DNA of 64,000 nucleotides from Azolla caroliniana (taxonomy: Eukaryota > Plantae > Polypodiophyta). The position numbers were made by a program, and so were the translations under genes. The notes beneath the pieces were generated by a model. That model had not been told where the DNA came from, made no database searches, and saw nothing but the letters and a program-made list of their open reading frames with translations. The stretch is taken from the NCBI GenBank assembly GCA_043228905.1, contig JBHGNT010000014.1, positions 14,384,001 to 14,448,000 of the forward strand. Direction: 5' to 3'. Shown here one piece after another: positions 1-10,800 of this stretch (position 1 is the stretch's first letter; each line of letters starts with the position of its first letter).

Positions 1-141
1 TGAATATTTTTTTAGAGTGTCTTCTCTCTCACTCTCTCTGTCTCTCCCGCGTATATTGCGTAAGCTCAAGCTCTCCATTAAACCTGAGTGTTCTTCCTTC
101 TGTTCTGTCTTCATACTTGCTTCCGCACGCTACTTTCTACA
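1..141 (+). repeat. 3' part of the copia-A 5' LTR (ends ...CTACA)
   Basis: Near-identical to the end of 11436-11803 and followed directly by the PBS. Confidence 0.93.
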
Positions 142-153
142 TGGTATCAGAGC
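142..153 (+). other. Primer-binding site, tRNA-iMet (TGGTATCAGAGC)
   Basis: Canonical plant PBS-Met abutting the LTR end. Confidence 0.95.
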
Positions 154-213
154 GCGAGGGTTGAGAACCTCTCTGCAGCCGACACAGCTTGACGAAGAAG
201 AACGAGAAGAACG

Positions 214-3200
214 ATGGATAGAGGCATGGCAAGCTCGCTTCCAACAGAGAAGCTCGACAAAACCAACTACGTGTCTTGGTCCTACAAGATGCACCAGTAC
301 CTGCTCGGGCACGGCTACTGGAGTTATGTCGAAGGAGCTAATGACGCAGCACCCGAATCGACACACAGAGACTTCCCGTCGTGGGAGCAATCGGCGAGCA
401 GGGTATTATACTGCTTCGCGTCGTGTGTGGGCGAACAGCTATTGAGCTATGTTCGGGATGCAAAGACGCCGAAGGGTACGTGGGAAAATCTGAAGAAGAT
501 TTTTGCCGCGAGCACCACAGCCAGGAAGCTTCAGCTCCGACTGGAGTTGAGCAACCTACGACAACGCGACTTATCGGTGGCGGCCTATACCTCGAAGATC
601 AAGGATATTTGTGACTCCCTCGCCTCCATAAAGGTGAACATCGAGGAGAGCGAGATGGTCCAGATCTATCTCGGAGGTTTGGCGTCGAAGTTCGGAGTGT
701 TCCGAACGGCTGTGTGTACACGGGAGAATACGCCGTCCTTTTTCGACTTACAGTCAATGCTCCTAGTAGAGGAGAACCACGCGGGTGTGTCTACAAGCAC
801 GCACGCAGACAACAGAATGTTGTACACGGAGGGTGATAGGCCCTGTGGACGTGGAGGACGAGGCGAGTCGGCGCGCAATGGAGGCGGGCGATGAGATCAA
901 GGAAGAAGGCACCGAAGTGATGCCAACAGCAACTCCGGACCCTCCGGAAACAGGGGGAGTCGAAGCGATGAGAACCGGCAAGGGAAGGCCATCGCGGAGT
1001 GCTGGTACTATGGCAAGAAAGGCCACAGGGAAAGTGAGTGCTGGAAGAAGCGTGCCGATTTGGAGAGAACCGGTTCCGGAAACGGCTCCAGACATACCGA
1101 CAAGGGAAATCGGCAGCGATCGCACTACGCCGAACACTCCGGGAGAGCCGGAGAAGGGTCTGCCTTCGTGACGAGACACGAAGCAAACTCAATGAAACAG
1201 AGCACCCCGAGATCGGACGAGGTGTGGTACGTAGACTCCGGCGCGTCAAACCACATGACGAGCCATAAGGAGTGGTTCTCGTACCTTGAAAAACCGATAC
1301 AACCTGGAGTAGTCGCAACTGGAGACGACACTCCGCATCCGATCGTGAATGTCAGAGAAGTTCCCCTTAGCCATGTTGGGCAGAAAGGGAAACTCATGAA
1401 CGTGCTGCACGTTCCGACAATCACGAAAAACTTGGTCTCGGTCGGACAGATCGTCAACCAAGGGATGGAGGTTCGGTTTACACACCTCGGGTGCTTCATT
1501 GAGGAAGAAGGCTGTGTGATTGCGCAAGGGCGCAGAGACGGGAGGATGTTCATCCTCGACTCCACTGACGGCGGCACCGCAATGTTCGCGAAGGGACAAA
1601 AATCCGAGTCGGACATCGACTTGTAGCACAAGCAGATAGGCCATGTCAACCACCAGCGGCTTCAAGATCTGCAATCGAAACATGTAGTGTTCGGATTGCC
1701 CAAATTTAGTGGCCGAAAGGCACAAATTTGTGAAGCCTGCCAGCTCAGGAAGCAACACCGACTTCCTTTCCCCAACGAGCGAAACCGGAGCCGGAACAAG
1801 CTCGACCTTATACACTCCGATGTATGGGGGCCGGCACAAAACGTTAGTCTTGGCGGGAGTCGATATTTCGTCTCCTTCATCGACAACCACACGCGGCACA
1901 CGTGGATCTACCTCATTGAGAGGAATAGCGAAGTCTTCGACTGCTTTCGGGACCTCAAAGGGTTCGTGGAAACGGAAACGGGACGAAAGATCAAGTGCCT
2001 GCGATCGGATGGCGGGAAAGGGTACTTCTCCGGTCAATTCAACAGTTATCTACAACAAATGGGAATTCGGCGTGAATTCAGTTGTAGATACATGCCGGAG
2101 CAGAACGGCGTGGCCGAGAGGAAGAATCGGTCAGTTGTGGAAGCGGCACGGGCAATGCTGGAGGAGAAGAGCTTGCCCAAGTTCTACTGGGCCGAGGCGG
2201 TAAGGACCGCGGTATACATCCAGAACCGGATCGGAGACAAAGTGTCGGCGCACGAGCTATATTTTGGAACGAAGCCGAACTTGCGACACTTGAGGGTGCA
2301 TATACCGAAGGAGAAAAGGAGGAAGCTGGACGCAAAGGCCGAGAAATGCATCTTGGTCGGTTACTCGGACGAGCAGAAGGGTTATAAGTGCTATAACCCT
2401 CGCAACAAACAAGCGTGTGTCAGCCACGACGTTGTGTTTGACGAATCCGCGTCCTGGTACCAGCCCCCGACTCCGAACCCTGCCCCCAATCCGAGCTCTG
2501 ACGATGAGGTCAGCGAGGCCGAGATGCCTCCGGATGAGCCCGAAATCGAGACCCGTGAAGAGAGTCCGATTTCACTCCGGTTAAGTGGACCAATTGGATG
2601 ACTAAGTCGGTACGACCAGTCCGATGAAGAGCCGACGAGTAGTGGAGACTCGGCCGTGCATTCCCCGCGTAGGAAGCCGAGGAGACGGCTTACACGCAAA
2701 GAGAAAGGGAAGAAGAAGGTGTCGGATTCCGGCACGGATAGGAACGAGTCAGACCAATGCGAGTCCGACTCCGAGGGAACCGGTGACGGGTCTTTAAAAG
2801 TGAAGTCCGTGTCGACCGAGAAGGCCTCGACATCGGCTAATGCGAGATTACGCCGATCTACCCGCCAGAAGAATCCTGTTTTGCGGTTCGGATACAACGA
2901 GTACATGGAGTATCATTATGCGTACATGACCCGTGTAGTGGAAGTGTGTGAGCCGGAGAGCTACGCAGAAGCGGCTAAAGACGCGACTTGGCATGCCGCG
3001 ATGGAGGAAGAGATGCACGCATTGGCGGAGAACGAGACCTGGGACCTGGTTGACACACCAAGAGGGGTAAAACCGATCGGGTGTAGGTGGGTGTACAAAG
3101 TCAAGTACAACACCGATGGCTCGGTCAACCGGTACAAGGCTCGGCTAGTGGCAAAGGGCTATGCGTAGAAACACGGCATCGACTACGATGAGACATTTGC

Positions 3201-3734
3201 GCCGGTCGCGAAAATGACAACCGTCTGTGTTTTGCTCGCAGTAGCCGCGGCCAAGGGGTGGCACCTACATCAAATGGATGTAAAGAATGTGTTCCTGCAA
3301 GGTGACCTTGAGGAACAAGTGTACATGGTACAACCCCCCGGATTTTACTCCGGAACGAACTCCTCGGCAGTATGCCGACTGAAGAAGTTCCTTTACGGAC
3401 TGAAGCAAGCCCCGCGTGCCTGGAACGCGAAGATCACGGAACAATTGCGTCGGATGGGCTTCGTCACGTCAAAATCGGACTCTTCCATGTTCATCCGGAA
3501 AGGTCGACTCGGACTGGTTAGTATTCTACTATATGTCGATGACTTGGTCATCACCGGCGCCGACCTAGGTGAAATCGACCGCGTGAAGCTCCAGCTTGCG
3601 GCATCGTTCGACATGAAGGATCTGGGGGACCTTCATTACTTCCTCGGGATCGAAGTGATCCGTACCCCCAAAGCCATATTGATTAGCCAACGTCATTACG
3701 TGCTGGGTATGCTCTTCAAACTCGGGATGGCCGA
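214..3734 (+). pseudogene. Copia gag-pol polyprotein (gag, zinc knuckle, protease, integrase, RT) with several premature stops
   Basis: Motifs EKLDKTNY..W, WYVDSGASNHM, LIHSDVWGP, LRSDGG, PEQNGVAERKNR, WVYKVK, HQMDVK and LLYVDDL. In-frame stops end the ORFs at 894, 1626, 2601 and 3168. Confidence 0.92.
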
Positions 3735-4423
3735 CTCCGGATCGTTGTGTGAGTCGGGTGGGAACCGCCGAGGTTTTGGACTAGGAGGAAGAGGAATACA
3801 ACTTAAGGCTAGTTATGAATAGTAGAAAGAGAAGTGAGATAGCAACCTCGTGAATCCCACGAGTTTAGTGTATTTAAACAATATTTAGATTATAAGAGTA
3901 ATTTAGATGGCAAAATTCGTGAATCCCATGAATATATTAGATTGATCAATCCTTGTATATTAATCAACAACCTTATACATATTTCTCTCCTCCTTATATA
4001 AAGATGGAAGAGGCTAAGCATGGCTTCATGCTTTTTCACCTAAAGTGTCCATGCACACTAAATGTGCATGTGGTGCTTTGTCATTTCCTAAATATAGGGC
4101 TCATGCACGCTAGATGTGCATAAGTCACTTTTAATGTCACGTGTAAATAAAATATTCACACTCTAAAGAATACATGATTTTTTCCTTTTAATAAAGGTAT
4201 GTGTAAATAAAGGTCTTATACGTATTAATTCTATATTTATAACACTAAAGATAAGTTATTACAATGGTAAAGTTGGGGTTTATCTATGTGGAGGTGCATG
4301 GTTCGAATCTTGCCCTATGCATGTGATAAATTCTTTTGATATATTATTTATTTATTTATATGTATCTAAAATCGGATATATTATTTTATGGTTTTCACGT
4401 AGTGTGTGGAATACACTACGACA
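3735..4423 (-). repeat. 3' LTR of the Trp-gypsy element; terminal ~14 bp deleted
   Basis: Near-identical to 10110-10800. Confidence 0.92.
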
Positions 4424-5937
4424 CTCGCCCCCTCCGAACCCGCACATCCTCCGGTATGTGCCAAAGTTCTCGATTCCCCATATCCGTCTTCACCCAAAGC
4501 TTCCTCCGATTCTCCCCTTATGTCGACTATGAGTTGTAATTCACTTTCTTCGCTTCCCGCATCACCGTGGTCTTCGTCCGATTGCTCCTCGTTGTCGGCC
4601 TTGGCTTGGATCACATAGGGTTTGTCGTCGGTCCGCTTCTTGAAAATCTTCACCCGCTTCCCGGCTATAGGCACTCGTAGTATTGTTCCATCCAACTCGA
4701 ATAGTCGGTACGTTCCGTTGTCGAAGACTTTCCGAACCTCGTATGGCCCGAACCACCTTTTCGCGAATTTCCGCATCGTTGTATGTCGATGGTCCAAACT
4801 ACTGTCATAGACGATCACCCAATCTCCTTCTTCAATCCTCCTCGGTCGTAGTCGGTGCTTTGTGTCGAACCGGCTTTTGTTCCTTAATCGTGCTTCTTGT
4901 TGTCGGCGTATTGCTTCCGCAATGTCTGCCGGTCTTCCCTCTAGTTGTCGTATCCGGACCGCTAGTAGTTCTTCCCGGCTCATCTCTTCCTTCCACGGTA
5001 GCACTGTCCATGTTGCGATCGCGGTTTCCGTCGGCATTACCGGTGCTTGTCCGGTCATGAGTTCTGCCGGCATGTAACCGGTTATGGAGCTATGCGTCGT
5101 CTGATCCGCCCATAGTGCATACGGAAGCATCTGCAGCCAGTCCTTCACCTTTCCATCGCATGCCTTCGCAAGTGCTTTCACGATCGGACTATGTCCTCGT
5201 TCGATTTTCCCGTTGGCCTCCGGATTGTATGCCATTGTCAGCGATAACCGAACTCCGTGTTTGGCGAAGAATCCCCTAGCTTTGTCCGAGTCGAGTTCTC
5301 CCCGGTCCGCAATCACTTGTCCTACGCACCCGTACCTGCAAAATACTTCCTCCAAAAGAAATTGGCATACCGCGGAACACGTTTTCCTCTGAAGCACTCG
5401 ACCTTCTACTTGATTCGTGAGATCTTCCCGAGCTAATACCAAGTATTTCTTTTGTCCGATCCCGGTCGGCATGGCCACTATGTCAACCATCCACTTGAAG
5501 TTGATTGTCGGTGAGAATGTCGGATGTAACTCATCTCGATGTCGAACCCCGGAGTAGACTTGACATTTCTCGCAGCTTTCCGTGAACTCCGCGACATCTT
5601 TGTACATTTTCTTCCACCAATATTTTTGCTTGATCTTCACAAATGTTGCCCATGTTCCTCGGTGTCCAGCCCAATCGGATTCGTGAAACTCGGACATTAT
5701 CCGGTTTCGTTGCTCTTTTGTCCCGACTACTCGAAGTGGTATACCATCCAGTCTTTTCGGCGCCCTCCATATTAATCCGTTTTCCAAGAAGAACTTTTGG
5801 ACTTGTCTCTTCTTCCTTCGGATCTCGGCTCTTCTTCCTTTATCATTTGTTGAATCCTCAGCCTCTTGTAACATCTTTCCGATCATCAAGCTTTCTCCCT
5901 CGTATTCTTCTTCCCGGAATTCTCGGATTACGTTTAC
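4381..5937 (-). CDS. Gypsy integrase (zinc-binding His pair, DDE core, GPY module, acidic tail)
   Basis: HESDWAGH..CEKCQ, WMVDIV, VIADRGE, YNPEANGKIERGH and WFGPYEV. Separated from RT/RNaseH by one in-frame TGA at 5938-5940. Confidence 0.88.
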   Translation of the reverse strand, partial: VNVIREFREEEYEGESLMIGKMLQEAEDSTNDKGRRAEIRRKKRQVQKFFLENGLIWRAPKRLDGIPLRVVGTKEQRNRIMSEFHESDWAGHRGTWATFVKIKQKYWWKKMYKDVAEFTESCEKCQVYSGVRHRDELHPTFSPTINFKWMVDIVAMPTGIGQKKYLVLAREDLTNQVEGRVLQRKTCSAVCQFLLEEVFCRYGCVGQVIADRGELDSDKARGFFAKHGVRLSLTMAYNPEANGKIERGHSPIVKALAKACDGKVKDWLQMLPYALWADQTTHSSITGYMPAELMTGQAPVMPTETAIATWTVLPWKEEMSREELLAVRIRQLEGRPADIAEAIRRQQEARLRNKSRFDTKHRLRPRRIEEGDWVIVYDSSLDHRHTTMRKFAKRWFGPYEVRKVFDNGTYRLFELDGTILRVPIAGKRVKIFKKRTDDKPYVIQAKADNEEQSDEDHGDAGSEESELQLIVDIRGESEEALGEDGYGESRTLAHTGGCAGSEGASVVVYSTHYVKTIK

Positions 5938-8022
5938 TCAGCATATGTGCTCCGACGCGAAGTAGTCTTCGGAAACTTCTTCATTATCCGATTCAGTTAT
6001 GTCGTCTCCGAACCGAGCCCTTGATAACATATCCGCTACCGCGTTGTCCTTCCCTGAGATGTGTCGAACCTCCGGATTAAGCGACTTGACATATGCAACC
6101 CACCTTAGCATAGCTACATCCGGTATCGTACAACACCGCATCATCCCGAGTATCGGAAGACAATCCGTCTCGATCACCACTTCGGCTCCGATCAAATAAT
6201 CTTGATCCGATTTTATCGCCGACACGACTCCCCACAGTTCTCTTTTGACTTGTGCATATCCACGTTGCCTTTCGTTGAGAACCTTTGCTCCGAATCGGAT
6301 CGGATACCGCGAACCATCCGAGTCGGCTTGATTGATGACCCACTCGATACCGGTTGGACTTGTATCAACCGTTACTATGATCAGTCGGTCATAGCTCGAC
6401 TTCTTAAGTGCTTCCGCCCTCCGAAGTGTCTTCTTCAATTTCTTCATGGCTTTGGTGTGTTCCGGTTTCCATTCGAATTTCTTACCTTTCCGCAACAAGT
6501 GGTAGAGCGGGTCCGCTATATGTGCATAGTGCGGAATCCATATGTGATAGAATGCACATGCACCGAGAAACCTTCGGACTTCGGATGTTGACTCGCATAC
6601 TTCCTCCATAGCTTGAATCGCATCAATCTTTGTTGGTGACGGTCTTCGGCCGTAGGGCCCACATAGATGTCCGACCACCAATATTTCTTCTTGCCCGAAT
6701 GCCGATTTCTCCCCGGAAAGTGTTAGGTGCACATCTTCTAGCTTTCGCAACACTTTCTCGCAATCATGAATATGGTCGACCACGAACTTTCGGCATCCCC
6801 GATCATCCATAGTCTCATCTTTTTCTTCTACCGCGCATCCTTTCATCGGAATGTCATCGAGGAACGGCATCGTTATCTCCGGAATGCAGTCTCGAAGCAC
6901 CTTGTTCATCGCGTTCATCATATGAGCAACCGAGTTTGTCGCTCCTTGTGGTAGTGTGCACATTCGGACTAATCCTATCGGTGTTCGCATGGTTGTGATG
7001 TCTAGGCTCTCCACGGCTAGTTGGAATTGGTCATACCCCAAGTATAGGTCTCCGATGGAGTATATCGCACGACCGGCAAAAGCTTCCGCAAATTCGTCCA
7101 CTATCGGACCGACTCCCGAGTTCCGGATCGTGACCTTATTCACCGGTTGCAAGTCTTGGATAAATCGGAGTGACCCATTCTTCTTTGGAACCGTAAACCA
7201 TCGATTTGAGTACGGAGCAGTTGATGGCTCTAGAATCCCCATCGCCACCTTCTCCTTGAGCAAGTCAATGACTTTCGGAATATGCGCTTGTGGCACCGGA
7301 ATCAACTTCAGGTTCCACGGTACATGGTCAATCGTGAAGATCACCATCGGCTCCACTATTCTCGGATCAACGCACCCTATCTCCCTTGATGTAAATGCAA
7401 ACGCTTTGCCGTGTTGCTCCAACATCTCGCGAAACCGTTCTTCTTCTTTTTGTAATAGGAACCCACCTCCACGGATCCGAAGTTTCTTCCGGGTCTCATC
7501 CATGAAGGCATGTCCGATATCCACGGACTTCCGAAGTGTCGGATCTCCCGAGACTTCTTTCCTCTTTTGTTCGCTATCGGCGGGTAGTGCTCCCGCGGCC
7601 GGTTTCACCTTCTTCTCCACGGTCTTGTATTTCGTACTTACCATTGCTTCTTCTTTGCGGAGCGTATCCGGATCCATTTTCGCAATGATCTCGTACATCT
7701 CGACCGATTCCACCGGGACTACCCGGTTCCCTTGGCTTTTATCTTCCGCAAGCTCTTCAAGTCGTTGTAGCGTGCTCTCATAGAACACTTCTTCGACTAT
7801 CCCCACGATTTCTTCATCTTCTTTTATTATTGATGCCGACCGCAACTTATCCTCCACTTGTCGGTATCCTTTCTTCAATCCTCCAGTTACGGTCATGTAC
7901 GTAGATGCCCCATCCGGACCGATTCGTACATGTTTTGCTCCGAGAGTTTTCTTCCTGTGTGGGGTATCAGGGCTTCTCGGACTATCACTTCCCCACTCCG
8001 CAACAGTCCGCTTTAAAAATCC
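5938..8022 (-). CDS. Gypsy reverse transcriptase and RNaseH, entered by a predicted -1 frameshift
   Basis: RWFTVPKKNGSLRFIQDL, LPQGATNS, PFLDD, VTVDTS and NAVADMLSR. The frame stays open upstream of the ATG at 7896 up to the slippery site at 8016-8022. Confidence 0.88.
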   Translation of the reverse strand, partial: GFLKRTVAEWGSDSPRSPDTPHRKKTLGAKHVRIGPDGASTYMTVTGGLKKGYRQVEDKLRSASIIKEDEEIVGIVEEVFYESTLQRLEELAEDKSQGNRVVPVESVEMYEIIAKMDPDTLRKEEAMVSTKYKTVEKKVKPAAGALPADSEQKRKEVSGDPTLRKSVDIGHAFMDETRKKLRIRGGGFLLQKEEERFREMLEQHGKAFAFTSREIGCVDPRIVEPMVIFTIDHVPWNLKLIPVPQAHIPKVIDLLKEKVAMGILEPSTAPYSNRWFTVPKKNGSLRFIQDLQPVNKVTIRNSGVGPIVDEFAEAFAGRAIYSIGDLYLGYDQFQLAVESLDITTMRTPIGLVRMCTLPQGATNSVAHMMNAMNKVLRDCIPEITMPFLDDIPMKGCAVEEKDETMDDRGCRKFVVDHIHDCEKVLRKLEDVHLTLSGEKSAFGQEEILVVGHLCGPYGRRPSPTKIDAIQAMEEVCESTSEVRRFLGACAFYHIWIPHYAHIADPLYHLLRKGKKFEWKPEHTKAMKKLKKTLRRAEALKKSSYDRLIIVTVDTSPTGIEWVINQADSDGSRYPIRFGAKVLNERQRGYAQVKRELWGVVSAIKSDQDYLIGAEVVIETDCLPILGMMRCCTIPDVAMLRWVAYVKSLNPEVRHISGKDNAVADMLSRARFGDDITESDNEEVSEDYFASEHIC

Positions 8023-10056
8023 ATTCTCACTTGGGACAAGAGTTCCCTCTTGTTCCTTTCGTGATTTGCCGGCACCGTTAGGAATTGGACGGATTTCCCA
8101 CCGTTTTGGCTCCGAATTCGCGCAAAAGCCGCACCGCTATCGAGCACCTTCGTCTCCATCCGTGATGCCGTGATAAAGGGTTGGCCGAGGATGACGGAAT
8201 GTGAAACCTCATCTTGCACGAAGAAATTTTGGTCGATCTCAACATCCCCGATCTTCACCGTCACATCCGGACAAGCCGCAAATAGATCTTCCGTTGCTTT
8301 GGTGGCCGCCCGAATCTTCCATCCATGGTTGGTGTTAATAGGCCACTTCCCCTTCCGGTAGAACTCCTTGGACATCAAGTTGATCTCCGATCCGTGATCA
8401 ATCAATGCTAGCACAGGTTCTTTGATGTTGCCGATTCGGACTGGAGTCTCCGTAGTCGCACGTGCCCAATGTGGCCTTGTATAGTGGGAGTTCGGAATTT
8501 CGTCCTCCACTTCGGTGTCGTTCATTAAAACGGTGTTCGCATTCACCCCTTGGAGCATTTTCCTCTGTACTTTGTCTTTTTCGCTTCATGAGATCCACGA
8601 GAAGATTGTGGAACTCCTTCTTTGCTATTCCGAGTAGCTCCCGAAGCGAGAAATCTACCCGGCTATCCAAGATTCTTTCCTCGAACACTCTTTTCAAGTC
8701 GGTTTGTTGTTCTATGTCCGAGGCGAGCTTGAATGCCGGAGTCGCCTTTTCTTTTCCCTTACCTCCGGAGTTCCAGCTTTCCGGTATCTTCGATGGCCCG
8801 ACCGCATCCTCCGTGCGTCGTCGTTTCTCGTCCACATACACCTTATGCAATTGACACAGGGCGTATACGCTATTCTTGTCGACAGGGCACTCCCATCCCG
8901 TAGCTTCCCGGACGCCTTCCGCGGTGCTTCGGATCTCGTTGGAGTCGATTTTCTCGGTGTTTTCTAGAACTTCTGGCCAAAAAGACGTCTTTGCTCTCGA
9001 TGACTCCCCGACACATATTCCCGCGGTTGTCGCATAGTTGCTTCTTGCCGCCAATTCCTCCTCGAGCACCTTCTTCATGCCGCCTTTCCGGAAGTTCAGT
9101 CGGAGTGGCTTCCGAGAGTCCATCGAATGAATCCGGTTTCCCTCGTAGTAGATGAGATTCCGCCGTAGCGCCTCCTTATGCTCGTCGCAATCCCTCCGAT
9201 TGTGTTCGGCGCTATCGCACCATATGCACCGTCGGTCCGTATACTTGGAGCTTGTGGGGCGGTCATCCGACTTCTTCACCATCGCGATCTTCAGATTCTC
9301 CATCTCCTTCAATAGTTGCTCCACCGTAGATGCATCAATCCCCTTCTCAGTTGTAGTCTCTCGAGCCCTCGGTTGATGGTCTTCCAATCCGGTTCTCGGT
9401 TTCGGAATCGGTTCCGAAACCCTCTTTTCCTCGTTGGCAAGCCATTGCCCCCTCTTCGTGTATCGCGCGACGATATCCCGCACGCTTTCCCATGTTTCGG
9501 TGAGACCACTCTCCGTGGTCGTGTCCTCCAAGAGCACTCCGAGATCTTTCCGGTCCCGGACGTCCACGGCTCGCAAGAACATGATCACCTTGTCCGGTAC
9601 GAGGATAGCTTGATCTCTCGCGGACAACCTCCCGAACCGGCTTTCGAATGCCGAAAACACATCAACGACCTTCAATCCCTTGTCCGACGTCTCCACCCAA
9701 TCTTCGAATCCCCTTCGCGTCGCCTTGGAGGAATCCTCGATGGCGAACGTCCTCTTTAGCTCTACTTCAAACGCCTCCCATGTCGGATTTTGCTGTCGTA
9801 GCCCATGGATGCTTGCTTGAAGCCCGTCGGTCACCACCCGGTTGAAGGACGTCACTTGCAGTCCTTCCGATATTCCGCACCGTAGCATCTCCGCCTTGTG
9901 GTCCCGAAGATACCGCGACACGTCTTTCCCATTGAATTGCCCGTTTCGTTGCACGAGCCGCTCCACTGATGCCGCTATCTCCGACATCGCGCGTTGCTCT
10001 TGTAGCATGCGCTCGAACATCATCATCATGTTGCTAGCCTCCGGTTGATTTTCCAT
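8013..10056 (-). pseudogene. Gypsy gag plus aspartic protease (probably one ORF broken by a 1-bp insertion near 8546-8549)
   Basis: gag starts MENQPE and has the CIWCDSAEHNRRDC zinc knuckle. Protease motifs ALIDHGSEIN and VILGQPF. Confidence 0.85.
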
Positions 10057-10073
10057 CTCCTTGCCACCCGGTC

Positions 10074-10091
10074 TTCACGTCGGGTTCACCA
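10074..10091 (-). other. Primer-binding site, tRNA-Trp (TGGTGAACCCGACGTGAA)
   Basis: 18 nt complementary to the 3' end of plant tRNA-Trp(CCA) as recalled (...TTCACGTCGGGTTCACCA). An identical copy is at 28984-29001. Confidence 0.85.
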
Positions 10092-10095
10092 ACTG

Positions 10096-10800
10096 TGTCG
10101 CGCCTTTCGGCTCCGGATCGTTGCGTGAGTCGGGTGGGAACCGCCGAGGTTTTGGACTAGGAGGAAGAGGAATACAACTTAAGGCTAGTTATGAATAGTA
10201 GAAAGAGAAGTGAGATAGCAACCTCGTGAATCCCACGAGTTTAGTGTATTTAAACAATATTTAGATTATAAGAGTAATTTAGATGGCAAAATTCGTGAAT
10301 CCCACGAATATATTAGATTGATCAATCCTTGTATATTAATCAACAACCTTATACATATTTCTCTCCTCCTTATATAAAGATGGAAGAGGCTAAGCATGGC
10401 TTCATGCTTTTTCACCTAAAGTGTCCATGCACACTAAATGTGCATGTGATGCTTTGTCATTTCCTAAATATAGGGCTCATGCACGCTAGATGTGCATAAG
10501 TCACTTTTAATGTCACGTGTAAATAAAATATTCACACTCTAAAGAATACATGATTTTTACCTTTTAATAAAGGTATGTGTAAATAAAGGTCTTATACGTA
10601 TTAATTCTATATTTATAACACTAAAGGTAAGTTATTACAATGGTAAAGTTGGGGTTTATCTATGTGGAGGGTGCATGGTTCGAATCTTGCCCTATGCATG
10701 TGATAAATTCTTTTGATATATTATTTATTTATTTATATGTATCTAAAATCGGATATATTATTTTATGGTTTTCACGTAGTGTGTGGAATACACTACGACA
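10096..10800 (-). repeat. 5' LTR of the Trp-gypsy element (705 bp)
   Basis: TG...CA termini, with the PBS 4 nt inside. Confidence 0.93.

Larger units (their letters stand above)
3735..10800 (-). mobile_element. Ty3/gypsy LTR retrotransposon, tRNA-Trp-primed, no chromodomain seen (resembles the moss Phygy/fungal-type lineage), nested in copia-A
   Basis: LTRs at 10096-10800 and 3735-4423 (termini TGTCGTAGTG...GCGCGACA). PBS-Trp, gag, protease, RT (PFLDD), RNaseH and integrase with a GPY motif. PPT GGAGGGGGCGAG at 4424-4435. Confidence 0.93.

Noticed and set aside
5936-5942. Stop-codon readthrough between RNaseH and integrase
   Set aside because: A single TGA is simply explained by CGA-to-TGA CpG deamination, which is common in this window.
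6956-7783. Long antisense ORFs over TE genes (also 1246-2037 and 29335-30339)
   Set aside because: These are shadow frames of GC-rich coding sequence with no recognisable domains.
8540-8560. Frame change between gypsy gag and protease as a second programmed frameshift
   Set aside because: Removing one G from AGGGGTG fuses the frames, and no slippery heptamer or downstream structure is evident, so a decay indel is more likely.
10096-10170. Self-cleaving ribozyme in the conserved LTR end
   Set aside because: No hammerhead CUGANGA/GAAA core and no convincing HDV-like or twister fold were found by eye. tRNA complementarity explains the conservation better.
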